Shown here in pieces: positions 8,449 through 18,133 of a stretch of 43,738 nt of DNA. A program made the position numbers and the translations under genes. The stretch is from Archaeoglobus sp. JdFR-37 (GTDB lineage Archaea; Halobacteriota; Archaeoglobi; Archaeoglobales; Archaeoglobaceae): the NCBI GenBank assembly GCA_002010215.1, contig MTMY01000024.1, forward strand, positions 1 through 43,738, in the 5' to 3' direction. Position 1 is the stretch's first letter. The number at the start of each line of letters is the position of its first letter. The notes beneath the pieces were generated by a model, which was given only the letters and a program-made list of their open reading frames with translations, searched no databases and had not been told where the DNA came from.

Positions 8449-9066
8449 TCAAATCTGCTTCAGCTCAGCTTCCTTCTCTTTCAAATCCACAACAGCATAC
8501 CTGCCAGCAGAAACACTGCCAGGATTTACAGCCAGAAATCCTCTTTTCTCAATCCCTCTCGCTTCGTGGATGTGTCCACAGAGAATCACTTCGAACTTCT
8601 CTACTATTTCAGCAATTGCCTTACTTCCAGCTCTTTTTCTGGTGTATGTGAAATCAAGAATCCCTTTAGGCGGACAGTGGGTAACAAGAACGTTGTACTC
8701 TCCAAAGGTGAAGTTCGATGCTGTGGTACTTATCTCATCCTCGCTGTACTCGCTCGGGGTGAAAAAAGGAGTGAGGTTGCTCCCTCCAAGGCCATGGAAG
8801 GTTATGCCATCCAGCTTAACGCTCCTGCCGTGGATAAAGTAAATATCCGAATTTTGAAGGATTGAAACTGCCTCTGGAGGATCGCAGTTCCCGTGAACGG
8901 CTATACACGTGAAATCTGCCACCACTTCCAGAAATTGTAAGATATGATTTGGTGCGAAATCTGTTATGTCGCCACAAACCACTATAACGTCGAAGTTCTC
9001 AGCGAAGATAATCCTCTTCAACCTTCGAAAAGCAGAATGAATATCTGAGACCACTAAGGCCTTCAT
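8449..9066 (-). CDS. Calcineurin-like metallophosphoesterase
   Basis: SDIH, CGD, GNCD, THCPP and GHIHE motifs. Confidence 0.92.
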   Translation of the reverse strand: MKALVVSDIHSAFRRLKRIIFAENFDVIVVCGDITDFAPNHILQFLEVVADFTCIAVHGNCDPPEAVSILQNSDIYFIHGRSVKLDGITFHGLGGSNLTPFFTPSEYSEDEISTTASNFTFGEYNVLVTHCPPKGILDFTYTRKRAGSKAIAEIVEKFEVILCGHIHEARGIEKRGFLAVNPGSVSAGRYAVVDLKEKEAELKQI

Positions 9067-9072
9067 ATAACG

Positions 9073-10296
9073 TCATATCACGTAAACATCGCCGTTCTTG
9101 GGGGCATAGGCTTCTATCCCCACTTCCTCCCTTATCCACTCTGCAAAGGCCTCGGTTTCCTCGCCGTGGACAGCGAAGGCAATTTCTGCCCCCCTGTTGG
9201 CCACTCTTCTGACAACCTCTTTGAGCTGCTTATCGTCGCCATGAGCTGAGAAGTCGTACTGCTCCACCTTCATCTTAAGCTTCACAAGCCTGGTTCCAAG
9301 ATTTATCATGCCCTTCTCAAGGGCCATCTCGCCGTTAGTACCTTCGACCTGATAGCCTGTCAGAATTATCTTGGATTTCTCATCGTTATAAAGGCGGGAG
9401 ATGTAGAATAGAGCCGGTCCACCGTTCAGCATACCGGCAGTTGTGACTATTGCTGCCGGTTCCTTCAGTACTTCTTCTCTCTTACCCCTCTCAACGGGTA
9501 TTGCCTTCTTTATTGCCTTCCTCAGGTGTCTGGCGTTCTTTAGATAATCAGGGTAATTACTTAGAATCCTCCCTACCTCTCTCCCCATTCCGTCAACATA
9601 AGCTGTAACACCGTATTTCTCCAAGATCATCAGAACTTCTTGGGTTCTACCCACAGCAAAGGCAGGGATGATTGCGTGTCCTCCCATATCAAGGGTCTCA
9701 AGAACCGATTCGATAAAGGCCTTTTCCAGCTCCTTTCTGTCAGGATGGTCCACTCCGAAATAGGTGCTTTCCACAATGAGGATGTCTGTCTCTGGGTAGA
9801 AGGTGTCGGCTCCCTCAAGCAAATTCGTGTCTTCAAGCTTGATGTCTCCGGTGTAGAGGATTCTGACATCCTTGCTCATGTGGACTGCTGCACTTCCAGG
9901 GATGTGGCCAGCGTTGTAAAGGGTCACATCCCAGCCTGCAATCTCAAAAGACTCTTCATAATCAACTTCCTGGCTGTTGCTCTCAAACTGCCTGAATTCC
10001 CTCCTGCCGTAGGGCGGCATTTCCATTATGTTCATGGAGTCCTTCAGTAGGATGTGGGAGAGCTCTTTGGTTGGAGGAGTCATGTAAATTGTGGGATCGC
10101 TATCCATGAGATTTGGGGCTACACCTACATGGTCAAGATGGCCATGGCTGATGATAACATGGGTTGGGAAAACACCATTTATCGGGAATTCTGGAGGGTC
10201 AGACGGTTTCATTCCATAATCTAACACAACAGAATCCACCATTATTGCAGATCTTCCTACTTCTCTGCAGCCTCCTAGGAAATTTATTACTGTCAC
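9073..10296 (-). CDS. Beta-CASP metallo-beta-lactamase RNase (archaeal CPSF-like, no KH domains)
   Basis: GGCREVGRS, SHGHLDH, AGHIPGS, YTGD, ESTY, FSAH and VHGE motifs. Confidence 0.92.
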   Translation of the reverse strand: MTVINFLGGCREVGRSAIMVDSVVLDYGMKPSDPPEFPINGVFPTHVIISHGHLDHVGVAPNLMDSDPTIYMTPPTKELSHILLKDSMNIMEMPPYGRREFRQFESNSQEVDYEESFEIAGWDVTLYNAGHIPGSAAVHMSKDVRILYTGDIKLEDTNLLEGADTFYPETDILIVESTYFGVDHPDRKELEKAFIESVLETLDMGGHAIIPAFAVGRTQEVLMILEKYGVTAYVDGMGREVGRILSNYPDYLKNARHLRKAIKKAIPVERGKREEVLKEPAAIVTTAGMLNGGPALFYISRLYNDEKSKIILTGYQVEGTNGEMALEKGMINLGTRLVKLKMKVEQYDFSAHGDDKQLKEVVRRVANRGAEIAFAVHGEETEAFAEWIREEVGIEAYAPKNGDVYVI

Positions 10297-10505
10297 TCCT
10301 GCTACCTTCGGGTGGGCAGAATATATAAATTTCGGTGAAGTTGTTTCGATGTCTCTTTCCTAAGATTGTTTGTATTTATTCATATTTTGTCCCACCCACC
10401 CTGCCCCTCCATCCTCTAGGTTCAGGTTTCCAATCTTCTATTGTTTTATTTATTAATGAATCAATGTCCCTATTAATACACCCAGAGATCAATAACTATA
10501 GTGCA

Positions 10506-11192
10506 TCAGCTAAAGTAACTCAAAAGGGCAAAAAATAGCTGAAAGAAGAGCAGTGAAAGCCCCAGTCTTTTTACAGATATTCTGCCTGCCATAAGCGTGA
10601 TAAATATTGCCAGACCGATAACAGGCAAGAAAACGCGAAGGGGCAGGAGCTCATACATTGCCATGGATAAAATTATCAGGACAATCAAAACACGCCTTGT
10701 TGAGATTAAACTCCATAAATTCCAGTTTTTTCCATTTTCAAAAATTATAGTATCTGCAAGAAGCACAGAATAAAGGGAGATCAGGACTAGAGGTATCCAG
10801 AGATGGAGGAAGTTTCCAATGCTCTCATCCGACATGGCTGCAATCATTGGAAACGGAAAGGTTAGTACCATGGCTCCAAGAATTATATAAACTCTCAGAT
10901 GACTTCTTACAAGAAATTGAAGCATGAACAGCAGTGCATAGGGTACCAAAACCAGTAAAACCTCATCATCTCTGATTGCTATCCCGATTGCCGTAATCGT
11001 AAATAGGGCAGGAAATGCCAGCATCGGACTGGCAACACCCTCCTTCAGAAATCTATGAAGAGGTTGAATGGAAAGGAGGAGCAAAAAGCTCAAGGCTACA
11101 CCATATGGATTGAAGTAATTTATGATTCCCATAAGGGTTGAGGCGAGCCAGATGCTCCAAGAACCGTGCATTGATGGGAGAGCATTTTTCAT
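10506..11192 (-). CDS. Multi-pass membrane protein, possibly YwiC-like
   Basis: About 7-8 hydrophobic segments; N-terminal LPSMHGSW resembles the PxxHGAW start of YwiC-like proteins. Confidence 0.7.
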   Translation of the reverse strand: MKNALPSMHGSWSIWLASTLMGIINYFNPYGVALSFLLLLSIQPLHRFLKEGVASPMLAFPALFTITAIGIAIRDDEVLLVLVPYALLFMLQFLVRSHLRVYIILGAMVLTFPFPMIAAMSDESIGNFLHLWIPLVLISLYSVLLADTIIFENGKNWNLWSLISTRRVLIVLIILSMAMYELLPLRVFLPVIGLAIFITLMAGRISVKRLGLSLLFFQLFFALLSYFS

Positions 11193-11229
11193 GATCTTTT
11201 TTCTGTAGAAGTTCGAATATCTGTTGCCC

Positions 11230-11607
11230 CTAATATATCCGGGAGTACTTCTGGAGAAAACTGTATAGTTCTTCCACCTTCGTTACCTCTTTGCAGGCAA
11301 CAGAGAAAATCCTTCTCCGTATCTCCACGTCAACGTTGCAGTTGAGCTTTTTCATGAGAGACACTGCTGCAATCTCACCTCTCCTGTCCCAGTCAGTCAT
11401 AATCACAACTTTTTCACCCATCAGAGAATCAACGAGCTCAGCATCGCTCAGAACCGATGAAAGTAGGATTTTTCCCCTGATTCCAAGGTTACGGAGAGAT
11501 TCTGCATCTCTCCTACCCTCTACAACTATAATTGCCCCCTTACTGGCTTCATAGATCAAATCCTCTATTGCCTTCCTTATGGCCAGAAACTCCTCTTTAC
11601 CGATCAT
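11230..11607 (-). CDS. Small TOPRIM-domain protein
   Basis: IVVEGRRD and MTDWDRRG TOPRIM motifs. Confidence 0.9.
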   Translation of the reverse strand: MIGKEEFLAIRKAIEDLIYEASKGAIIVVEGRRDAESLRNLGIRGKILLSSVLSDAELVDSLMGEKVVIMTDWDRRGEIAAVSLMKKLNCNVDVEIRRRIFSVACKEVTKVEELYSFLQKYSRIY

Positions 11608-11933
11608 TTTTTACCTTCAGACTCTTTCAACTTTCCTTTTCCAGCTTCCTCCAGCTTCTCCAACACCTCATCAATGGTGGTAGAATATACAATTACTTGT
11701 TTATGGCTGGAAGTTACCCCTTTAACTATCTCAACCTTTCTGCCAAACAGCTTTTCCATCACCTTCACAATCTCTGAATTTGCCTTACCTCTCGATGGGG
11801 GGCTTTTCACCCTCACAACCACGCTTTTCCTCCACTCATTGTAGCCCGCAGGGATTTCCGTCTGTTTTGAGTTAGGAGTGACTTCAAGGGTTATAAGAAC
11901 GCCTTTATCAGTTTGTTTCAGGGCCTCTCTCAT
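11604..11933 (-). CDS. DUF167/YggU-family protein (start uncertain, 11933-11960)
   Basis: VTPNSK, VKSPPSRGKAN and IVKGVTSSHK motifs. Confidence 0.88.
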   Translation of the reverse strand: MREALKQTDKGVLITLEVTPNSKQTEIPAGYNEWRKSVVVRVKSPPSRGKANSEIVKVMEKLFGRKVEIVKGVTSSHKQVIVYSTTIDEVLEKLEEAGKGKLKESEGKK

Positions 11934-12048
11934 CCCACTTTCCTTCATCCCTCTGCACACCCATTACAAGTCATGTTTAGCTTATACTCTAACCAATTGG
12001 CTGACACCAACAAAAAAGGTTATAAAAAATAAAACCTTTCGCTCAACC

Positions 12049-13755
12049 ATGAGTGAAATCATGGAAATGCTGGTGAGAAGGGGCTATTTGTGGCAATCCT
12101 TCGAGATCTACGGCGGAATGGCAGGTTTCATTGATTACGGTCCTCTTGGTAACGGATTGCGCAGAAATCTTGAGGATCTCTGGAGGGACTTTTTCGTAAT
12201 AAATGAGAGGGCTGTTGAGATTGATACCCCCACGATAGGTATTGAGGAAGTTTTCATAGCCTCAGGCCATGCCACAAGCTTCACAGATGTTGCTATAGAA
12301 TGTAACTCATGCGGCAGAATCTTCAGGGCAGATCACTTCATCAAGGAGAAGCTGGACATAGAGGTTGATCCTACCATTGAGGCCGTCAAGGAAGTCATTC
12401 GGGAATATGAACTGAGATGTGAGTGTGAGGGAGAGTTTAAAGACCCAGAGCACATCAACCTGATGTTCGAGACTAAAATAGGACCTGGTAAGGGCAAAAA
12501 AGGATATCTTCGCCCCGAAACAGCCCAAGGTATATTCATCCCCTTCAAGAGGCTATCAGATTATTTTAGAGACAAGCTCCCCTTCGGTGTTACACAGATA
12601 GGAAGAGCATACAGAAACGAAATAAGCCCAAGACAGGGTGTTATAAGACTGAGAGAGTTCAATCAGGCCGAGCTGGAATACTTTGTTGATCCAAGGAATA
12701 AAACCCATCCGAACTTCGATGATGTTGCTGATGATTTTATCACGCTGGTGGATAAATTCGATAGGGAGCATAGGGTTACGCTGAGAGAGGCTGTTGAGAA
12801 GGGTATCATTGCTCATCAGCTCCTTGCATACTTCGTAGGTAAAACAAGGCGTTTTCTGCTGAAAGCTGGCTTGCAGGACGACAAGCTGAGATTTAGGCAG
12901 CACAAGGATGATGAGAGAGCCCATTATGCTGTGGACTGCTGGGATGCCGAAGCGCTAACAAGCTACGGCTGGGTTGAGATCGTTGGTATAGCCGACAGGA
13001 GCGACTACGATCTGAGCAGACATACTCAGTTCAGCGGAGAAGATCTGAGTGTGTTCATACCCTATAAAGAGCCCATAAAGGTGAAAAAGAGAAAAGTAAT
13101 TCCTTCCATGGAGAAACTTGGCCCCGTTTTCAAGGATAAGGCAAAGAAGATTGCCGAAATGCTGGAAAAACTCGAGGATGCAGGAGATTACGTTGAGCTC
13201 GAAGTTGATGGAGAGAAGGTTAAGGTTTCCAGTGAGTACTACGAGGTCAAAGAGGTTGAAGAAGAGGTGCATGGCGAGAAAATCATCCCGCACGTCATCG
13301 AACCATCCTTTGGCCTTGACAGAATTACCTATTCCATCCTAGAGCATGCTTACGATAAGGACGTAGTTGATGGAGAGGAGAGAAGAGTGCTGAGGCTGAA
13401 GAGATGGATGGCTCCAGTGCAGGTTGCGGTTCTTCCACTGCTTTCCAGAGAAGAGTTTGAGAAAGTTGCCTTGGAGATAACAGACGAACTCAAGAAAGCA
13501 GGAATCTTCACCGAATACGACGACTCGGGAAGCATAGGCAGGAGGTACAGGAGATACGATGAGATAGGCACACCATTCTGCGTAACCATCGACCACCAGA
13601 CCCTAGAAGATGGAAGTGTCACAATCAGAGACAGAGATACCACAAAACAGATCAGGGTTAAAAGAGAGGATCTGATTCCCACCCTTAAGGAGTTGCTTAA
13701 CTCTGAAAAGGACATTGAAGAATTCGGAGAAATATTCAGAGCGAACTCTTCTTAA
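12049..13755 (+). CDS. glyS: Glycine--tRNA ligase (alpha2 type)
   Basis: LRPETAQG, RNEISPRQG and VIEPSFG motifs plus anticodon domain. Start moved to ATG 12049, downstream of TATA GGTTATAAAA (~12018-12027). Confidence 0.98.
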   Translation: MSEIMEMLVRRGYLWQSFEIYGGMAGFIDYGPLGNGLRRNLEDLWRDFFVINERAVEIDTPTIGIEEVFIASGHATSFTDVAIECNSCGRIFRADHFIKEKLDIEVDPTIEAVKEVIREYELRCECEGEFKDPEHINLMFETKIGPGKGKKGYLRPETAQGIFIPFKRLSDYFRDKLPFGVTQIGRAYRNEISPRQGVIRLREFNQAELEYFVDPRNKTHPNFDDVADDFITLVDKFDREHRVTLREAVEKGIIAHQLLAYFVGKTRRFLLKAGLQDDKLRFRQHKDDERAHYAVDCWDAEALTSYGWVEIVGIADRSDYDLSRHTQFSGEDLSVFIPYKEPIKVKKRKVIPSMEKLGPVFKDKAKKIAEMLEKLEDAGDYVELEVDGEKVKVSSEYYEVKEVEEEVHGEKIIPHVIEPSFGLDRITYSILEHAYDKDVVDGEERRVLRLKRWMAPVQVAVLPLLSREEFEKVALEITDELKKAGIFTEYDDSGSIGRRYRRYDEIGTPFCVTIDHQTLEDGSVTIRDRDTTKQIRVKREDLIPTLKELLNSEKDIEEFGEIFRANSS

Positions 13756-13844
13756 ATTTTTTATAAACTTTGATATAATCTAGATTCAAAATCAACTGTT
13801 TGGAAAATTATATTACTGCTGAAGTGAAAATTATATTGCTGGCC

Positions 13845-13970
13845 ATGTGGGCAAGAGTGTTTTGTGAGGTTCACAGATACATGAAAAGGTTCGATCTTGA
13901 ATGCTGGTACTGCAAGGAGAACGTGATTAATGGTGGTACGTGCAACCCATTTATCAAAGAAAGAGAGTGA
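13845..13970 (+). CDS. Small Cys/His-rich protein (41 aa, putative zinc-binding); not in ORF track
   Basis: MWARVFCEVHRYMKRFDLECWYCKENVINGGTCNPFIKERE*; fills the glyS-RsmF gap and lies downstream of a duplicated TATA-like element. Confidence 0.6.
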   Translation: MWARVFCEVHRYMKRFDLECWYCKENVINGGTCNPFIKERE

Positions 13971-13981
13971 TGACGAAAAGA

Positions 13982-14398
13982 TTAAGAAATTCTCCGGTTT
14001 TTTGCTACAAAATTCTTTATTTTTTTCCCATCTCCTCTTCCGCAGCCTATGAAAAAATTTCGCCATTTGAGTAAAACATATCCTCTAACTTCTCCAACAT
14101 CTTCAGCTTCGATATCCTCTCCCCTCATCCATCGCTCAGCTTCTCTGTCCCCTACTTCCACAACATTCTTCGTGGCTAGTTTTCCCGCAAGGGCTGCACC
14201 ATCAATGGACAGTCTGAAACCACCTCTCTCAAGGGTTCCGAAATAAATGCCCCGGTGGTGGCTTCCTTCAAAATCGCACGTGAACGCATAAAACCTGCCT
14301 TTTCCCCTCTCTTCCAGCTTGAAGGGTAACTCTTCAATACCAAACTGCTCTTTAAGTAACATCCACACTTCTTCTACCCTTTCGGTTTTAATCCTCAT
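13982..14398 (-). CDS. RsmF C-terminal/NIP7-like PUA-related protein
   Basis: GIYFG..ERGGFRLSIDG, WMRGEDI and GYVLLK..FIGCG motifs; coupled to the m5C methyltransferase gene. Confidence 0.8.
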   Translation of the reverse strand: MRIKTERVEEVWMLLKEQFGIEELPFKLEERGKGRFYAFTCDFEGSHHRGIYFGTLERGGFRLSIDGAALAGKLATKNVVEVGDREAERWMRGEDIEAEDVGEVRGYVLLKWRNFFIGCGRGDGKKIKNFVAKNRRIS

Positions 14399-15359
14399 CC
14401 TTCACCACCTTTGCAACAAAGAAGGCTTCGCTATCGTTGTCCTGAGGGTGAATTCTCAGGCACTTCCTCACTTCTCTGTCATATCTTTTCCCCCTCCATT
14501 CAAGCAGCGGTTTGGTGGAGTGTAACGGCACATCAATTTCCTCAAGCCTAGCGTTGGTGTTTGAGAGGAGATAATCTATAACCTCCTCATTTTCCTCAGG
14601 CTCCAAGGTGCAGGTAGAGTAAACCAGAACCCCACCTGGCTTCAAAGCAGTGTAAGCAGCCATAATGAGGCCTTTCTGCAGCCTAGAGAGACTGTAAACC
14701 TCCCTCTCATTCCAAATCTTCAGGTACTTGAAGTTCTTCCTGATCATCCCCACATTGCTACATGGAGCATCAAGCAAGACCCGATCGAATTTCGAATTGA
14801 AACGTTTAAAGGATCGTCCATCTCTGATTGTCACAACCACATTGGCAGCTCCGCAGCGCTGAATGTTTGAAATTAGGATGTTTATTCTCTCCCATTTGAC
14901 GTCGTTGGCAATTATACACCCTTTATTCTCCATATACTGAGCAATCTGGGTTGTTTTCGCTCCCGGAGACGCAGCCATATCTAAAACAAGTTCTTCTGGC
15001 TTGGGAGAGAGAACAACAGGAGGGAGCATGGATGAGGCTTCTTGGGAGAAAATCAGGCCGAGCTGATGCTCTATGGTATTGCCAATTGTGGCAATTGCTG
15101 TTTCTGTCTCATCTCCCTCTGCCCTGTCACCCTCTACATCAATGAAAAAGCCCTCCCTGCACCAACTTATAGGCTCCAGCCTGTATTTTTCCTGAAGGAG
15201 AGATACAATTTCATCATAATCTCCCTTCAGCGTATTGACCCTGATGCTCTGCCTTAGCGGCTTACAGAGATATTCGTAAAACTCTGCAGAGCCGTCTATC
15301 TCATCGTATCTCTCAACAAAAGCCGGATTGATCCTTTTAAAATCCTCTCTTGCCTTCAT
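14388..15359 (-). CDS. NOL1/NOP2/Sun RNA m5C methyltransferase
   Basis: DMAASPGAKT, DAPCS and YSTCT motifs; ATG 15359 overlaps the gltX stop (ATGA). Confidence 0.95.
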   Translation of the reverse strand: MKAREDFKRINPAFVERYDEIDGSAEFYEYLCKPLRQSIRVNTLKGDYDEIVSLLQEKYRLEPISWCREGFFIDVEGDRAEGDETETAIATIGNTIEHQLGLIFSQEASSMLPPVVLSPKPEELVLDMAASPGAKTTQIAQYMENKGCIIANDVKWERINILISNIQRCGAANVVVTIRDGRSFKRFNSKFDRVLLDAPCSNVGMIRKNFKYLKIWNEREVYSLSRLQKGLIMAAYTALKPGGVLVYSTCTLEPEENEEVIDYLLSNTNARLEEIDVPLHSTKPLLEWRGKRYDREVRKCLRIHPQDNDSEAFFVAKVVKDED

Positions 15360-17044
15360 GGGTGAGTGTAAATACATTTAAGGACTGTGTCCATTTCCTC
15401 TATCCGGCAGAAGGCGAAGCGTTCAAACTGCACAACTTTGCCTATATCGCTGACCGCATTTCGCTCTGCGTAGCCTTCGCAGTCCCTATCTACTCCTTCA
15501 ACCATGCATTTAATGGCTTCACTCACCGGAACCCAGTGGATAATGTTCTTCCCCTTCTTGACCTCGCCCATCTCCCAGGATACAAACCTTACTTTCCCTA
15601 TTCTGCCTTCACCCACCACTTCCACATTGCAGAACTCCTTAAGCCGGAAAATCTCACCTTTCTCAAACCTGTTCCAGTCTGAAGAGGTGATGTATACTTC
15701 CTGCTCGCCCTTCAAAGTTCTGAAAACATCGCTCCCGGGTTTGAGAGGTATCTTTACTTCCCTGACCTCCTCAAGATCCTCTATTACAATCTTGACAGGG
15801 TCTGCAACGAAGAAGTAGCGATTAGCTTCACTATCAACTAACTTCCTGTTTTCTGCGTAGAGGTTCTTCAGACTCACGCTCACATCGTTCTCGCTAACAC
15901 CAAGAGATAGGAAAAACTTCCGTATGGCTTCAGGTCTGAAGCCCCTCCTTCTGAAAGCCTTTATGGTGGGCAGCCTTACGTCGTCCCATCCTCTATACCT
16001 CCCAGCCTCCACTTCCTTCCTCAGCTGACTTGTTGAAAGCTTTCCGAACTCGAAGATGCTCACCTTCCCCCAGAGCTTTGTGATGGGATACTCCCAGCCG
16101 AAGTACTGGTAGATGTACCTCTGCCTTCTTTCTGAGTCCATCAAATCCTTCCCTCTCAGTATGTGGGTTATGCCTAAAACATGGTCTTCAATTGCCGATT
16201 CAAAGTCGAGGGTTGGATAAACGTGGTATGCATCGCCAACAACTGGGTGGGAGGCGTAGATTATCCTAAAGGCGACCCAGTCTCTGATTGCCGGGTCTTT
16301 ATGCCTCATATCTGTCTTTATCCTTACAGCAACCTCTCCTTCCTGATATACGCCTTCAAGCATCTTCTCCCAGATCTCAAGAGAGTCCTCTACAGCAGTA
16401 TTGCGATGTGGACATTCCTGGCCAGAATCCCTGTACTTCTTGAATTCAGCCTGGGAGCAGAAGCAAGGATAGGCTTTCCCCATCTCCAGCAACTTCATCA
16501 GATAATCGTAATACATGGAAATTCGTTTTGAAGCGTAAACAACTTCATCCGGCTTTGCATCCAGCCACTCACAATCCTCAAGATACCAGTCATAAGCTTC
16601 TATCATTGGTCTCTTCGTTCTCGGATCAGTGTCATCAAAGCGGAGAATGAATTTCCCGCCATACATCCTTACGTATTCGCTGTTGACTATGATTCCTCTA
16701 GCAGACCCCAGAGTTGGAGGTCCGTTAGGATTTGGGGCGAAGCGCATAACAACGCCTTTTTCGGCTCTTTCCAGCGGTGGAAGGTGGTGCTCCTTAACGA
16801 CTTTTTTCTCCTCAACTCCCTCCAAAAATCTCTTTTTCTCAGCTTCACTCAAAGCTTCGAATTCCGATATCAGGTTTCTGACAATTTCTATAGCTTCCTT
16901 GGGATTGTCCCTCATCTCTGGAATTTCGGCCATAACTTTACCCATGACTGCCTTGAGGTTGGGCTTCCCATACTTTGCTGCGTTGGCAGCAATTATCCTG
17001 AGAATTTTATCTCTGGTATTGTTTGATTCCGTTGAACTCATCAT
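15356..17044 (-). CDS. gltX: Glutamate--tRNA ligase
   Basis: RFAPNPNG, LRFDDTDP, THILRGKD and QFERFAF motifs. Confidence 0.98.
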   Translation of the reverse strand: MMSSTESNNTRDKILRIIAANAAKYGKPNLKAVMGKVMAEIPEMRDNPKEAIEIVRNLISEFEALSEAEKKRFLEGVEEKKVVKEHHLPPLERAEKGVVMRFAPNPNGPPTLGSARGIIVNSEYVRMYGGKFILRFDDTDPRTKRPMIEAYDWYLEDCEWLDAKPDEVVYASKRISMYYDYLMKLLEMGKAYPCFCSQAEFKKYRDSGQECPHRNTAVEDSLEIWEKMLEGVYQEGEVAVRIKTDMRHKDPAIRDWVAFRIIYASHPVVGDAYHVYPTLDFESAIEDHVLGITHILRGKDLMDSERRQRYIYQYFGWEYPITKLWGKVSIFEFGKLSTSQLRKEVEAGRYRGWDDVRLPTIKAFRRRGFRPEAIRKFFLSLGVSENDVSVSLKNLYAENRKLVDSEANRYFFVADPVKIVIEDLEEVREVKIPLKPGSDVFRTLKGEQEVYITSSDWNRFEKGEIFRLKEFCNVEVVGEGRIGKVRFVSWEMGEVKKGKNIIHWVPVSEAIKCMVEGVDRDCEGYAERNAVSDIGKVVQFERFAFCRIEEMDTVLKCIYTHP

Positions 17045-17104
17045 AATCTATCACTCTTTAATTATTCTTTAATTATCTAATAAATTATCTAATAACTCAC
17101 AACA

Positions 17105-18133
17105 TCAGTGCTCCCTAGTGACGATGTAATCTGCAAGCTGTTCCATCAGCTTTCTGGCATGGGTTTCAGGCAGCACCTTCAGACTCTCCTTTGCCCTCTC
17201 AGCAAACTGCAATGCCTTGCTTTTGGCATATTCTATTGCCCCGCAATCTTCCAGTCTTTTGACTGCTTTCTCAATCTCCTCCAAGCTAGCCTTCCCTTTT
17301 CCGTAGATGTCAATCTCCACTCCCATTTCCATAGCTCTCAACATTATCAGAGTCTTTTTGCCCTCAACAATGTCGCTACCCCAGTCCTTTCCGATTTTCT
17401 CCTTGCCCACAAGATCGAGAATGTCATCCTGAATCTGGAATGCTATGCCGCAATTTATTCCATAATCCCAGAGGGCCTTAACTACTTCTTCCCCTTCGCC
17501 ATAAAGAACCGCTGGAAGGGTTGAAGATGCTGCAAGAAGAGTTGCAGTCTTCTTCTGCACCATTTCAAGATACTCTTCCTCTTTCACACTCTCTCTATCT
17601 TCAAAACTCATGTCCAAGTACTGTCCCTCGCATATTTTCACACACACATCTGCTAGAAGCTTTGAAGCTTTGACAGCATTCTCTGCCTCGACATTACAGC
17701 CTGCAAGAATTTCGAAGGCTTCAGCAAAAAGAGTGTCACCAGCAAGGATGGCAACAGGTTCACCAAATTCAGCATGAACTGTTTTTACGCCTCTCCTCAT
17801 CTCATCTCTGTCCATAATATCATCATGCACAAGAGTAAATGTGTGTATTACCTCTACAGCCAGAGCAGCTGGCAGAATGGGTTTCCAGTCTCTCCCGATT
17901 GCTTCACATGAAATTAGAGTTAACGCAGGGCGAAGTCTTTTCCCGCCAGCATAGAGGAGGTGTCGAGTAGCTTTATACAGGCCTTCAGGTTCTTTAACTG
18001 GAAGATATTCTCTGATGGCTTTCTCGATTATCCCAGCTTTTGCGGCAATTTCCTTTTTGAACTCATCACTCTCGCTCATACCACTACTCTCATCACTCTG
18101 ATTCATTCTATCCATTTCGCTCATTTCACTCAT
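17105..18133 (-). CDS. idsA: Geranylgeranyl diphosphate synthase (polyprenyl synthetase)
   Basis: GGKRLRP, HDDIMD and FQIQDD motifs; ATG 18133 overlaps the fni stop; low-complexity N-terminal extension. Confidence 0.93.
   Translation of the reverse strand: MSEMSEMDRMNQSDESSGMSESDEFKKEIAAKAGIIEKAIREYLPVKEPEGLYKATRHLLYAGGKRLRPALTLISCEAIGRDWKPILPAALAVEVIHTFTLVHDDIMDRDEMRRGVKTVHAEFGEPVAILAGDTLFAEAFEILAGCNVEAENAVKASKLLADVCVKICEGQYLDMSFEDRESVKEEEYLEMVQKKTATLLAASSTLPAVLYGEGEEVVKALWDYGINCGIAFQIQDDILDLVGKEKIGKDWGSDIVEGKKTLIMLRAMEMGVEIDIYGKGKASLEEIEKAVKRLEDCGAIEYAKSKALQFAERAKESLKVLPETHARKLMEQLADYIVTREH

Noticed and set aside
11878..12048. N-terminal extension on GlyS (and similarly 29912-30043 on Bax1)
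   Set aside because: These are longest-ORF artefacts overlapping neighbouring genes; better starts exist downstream.
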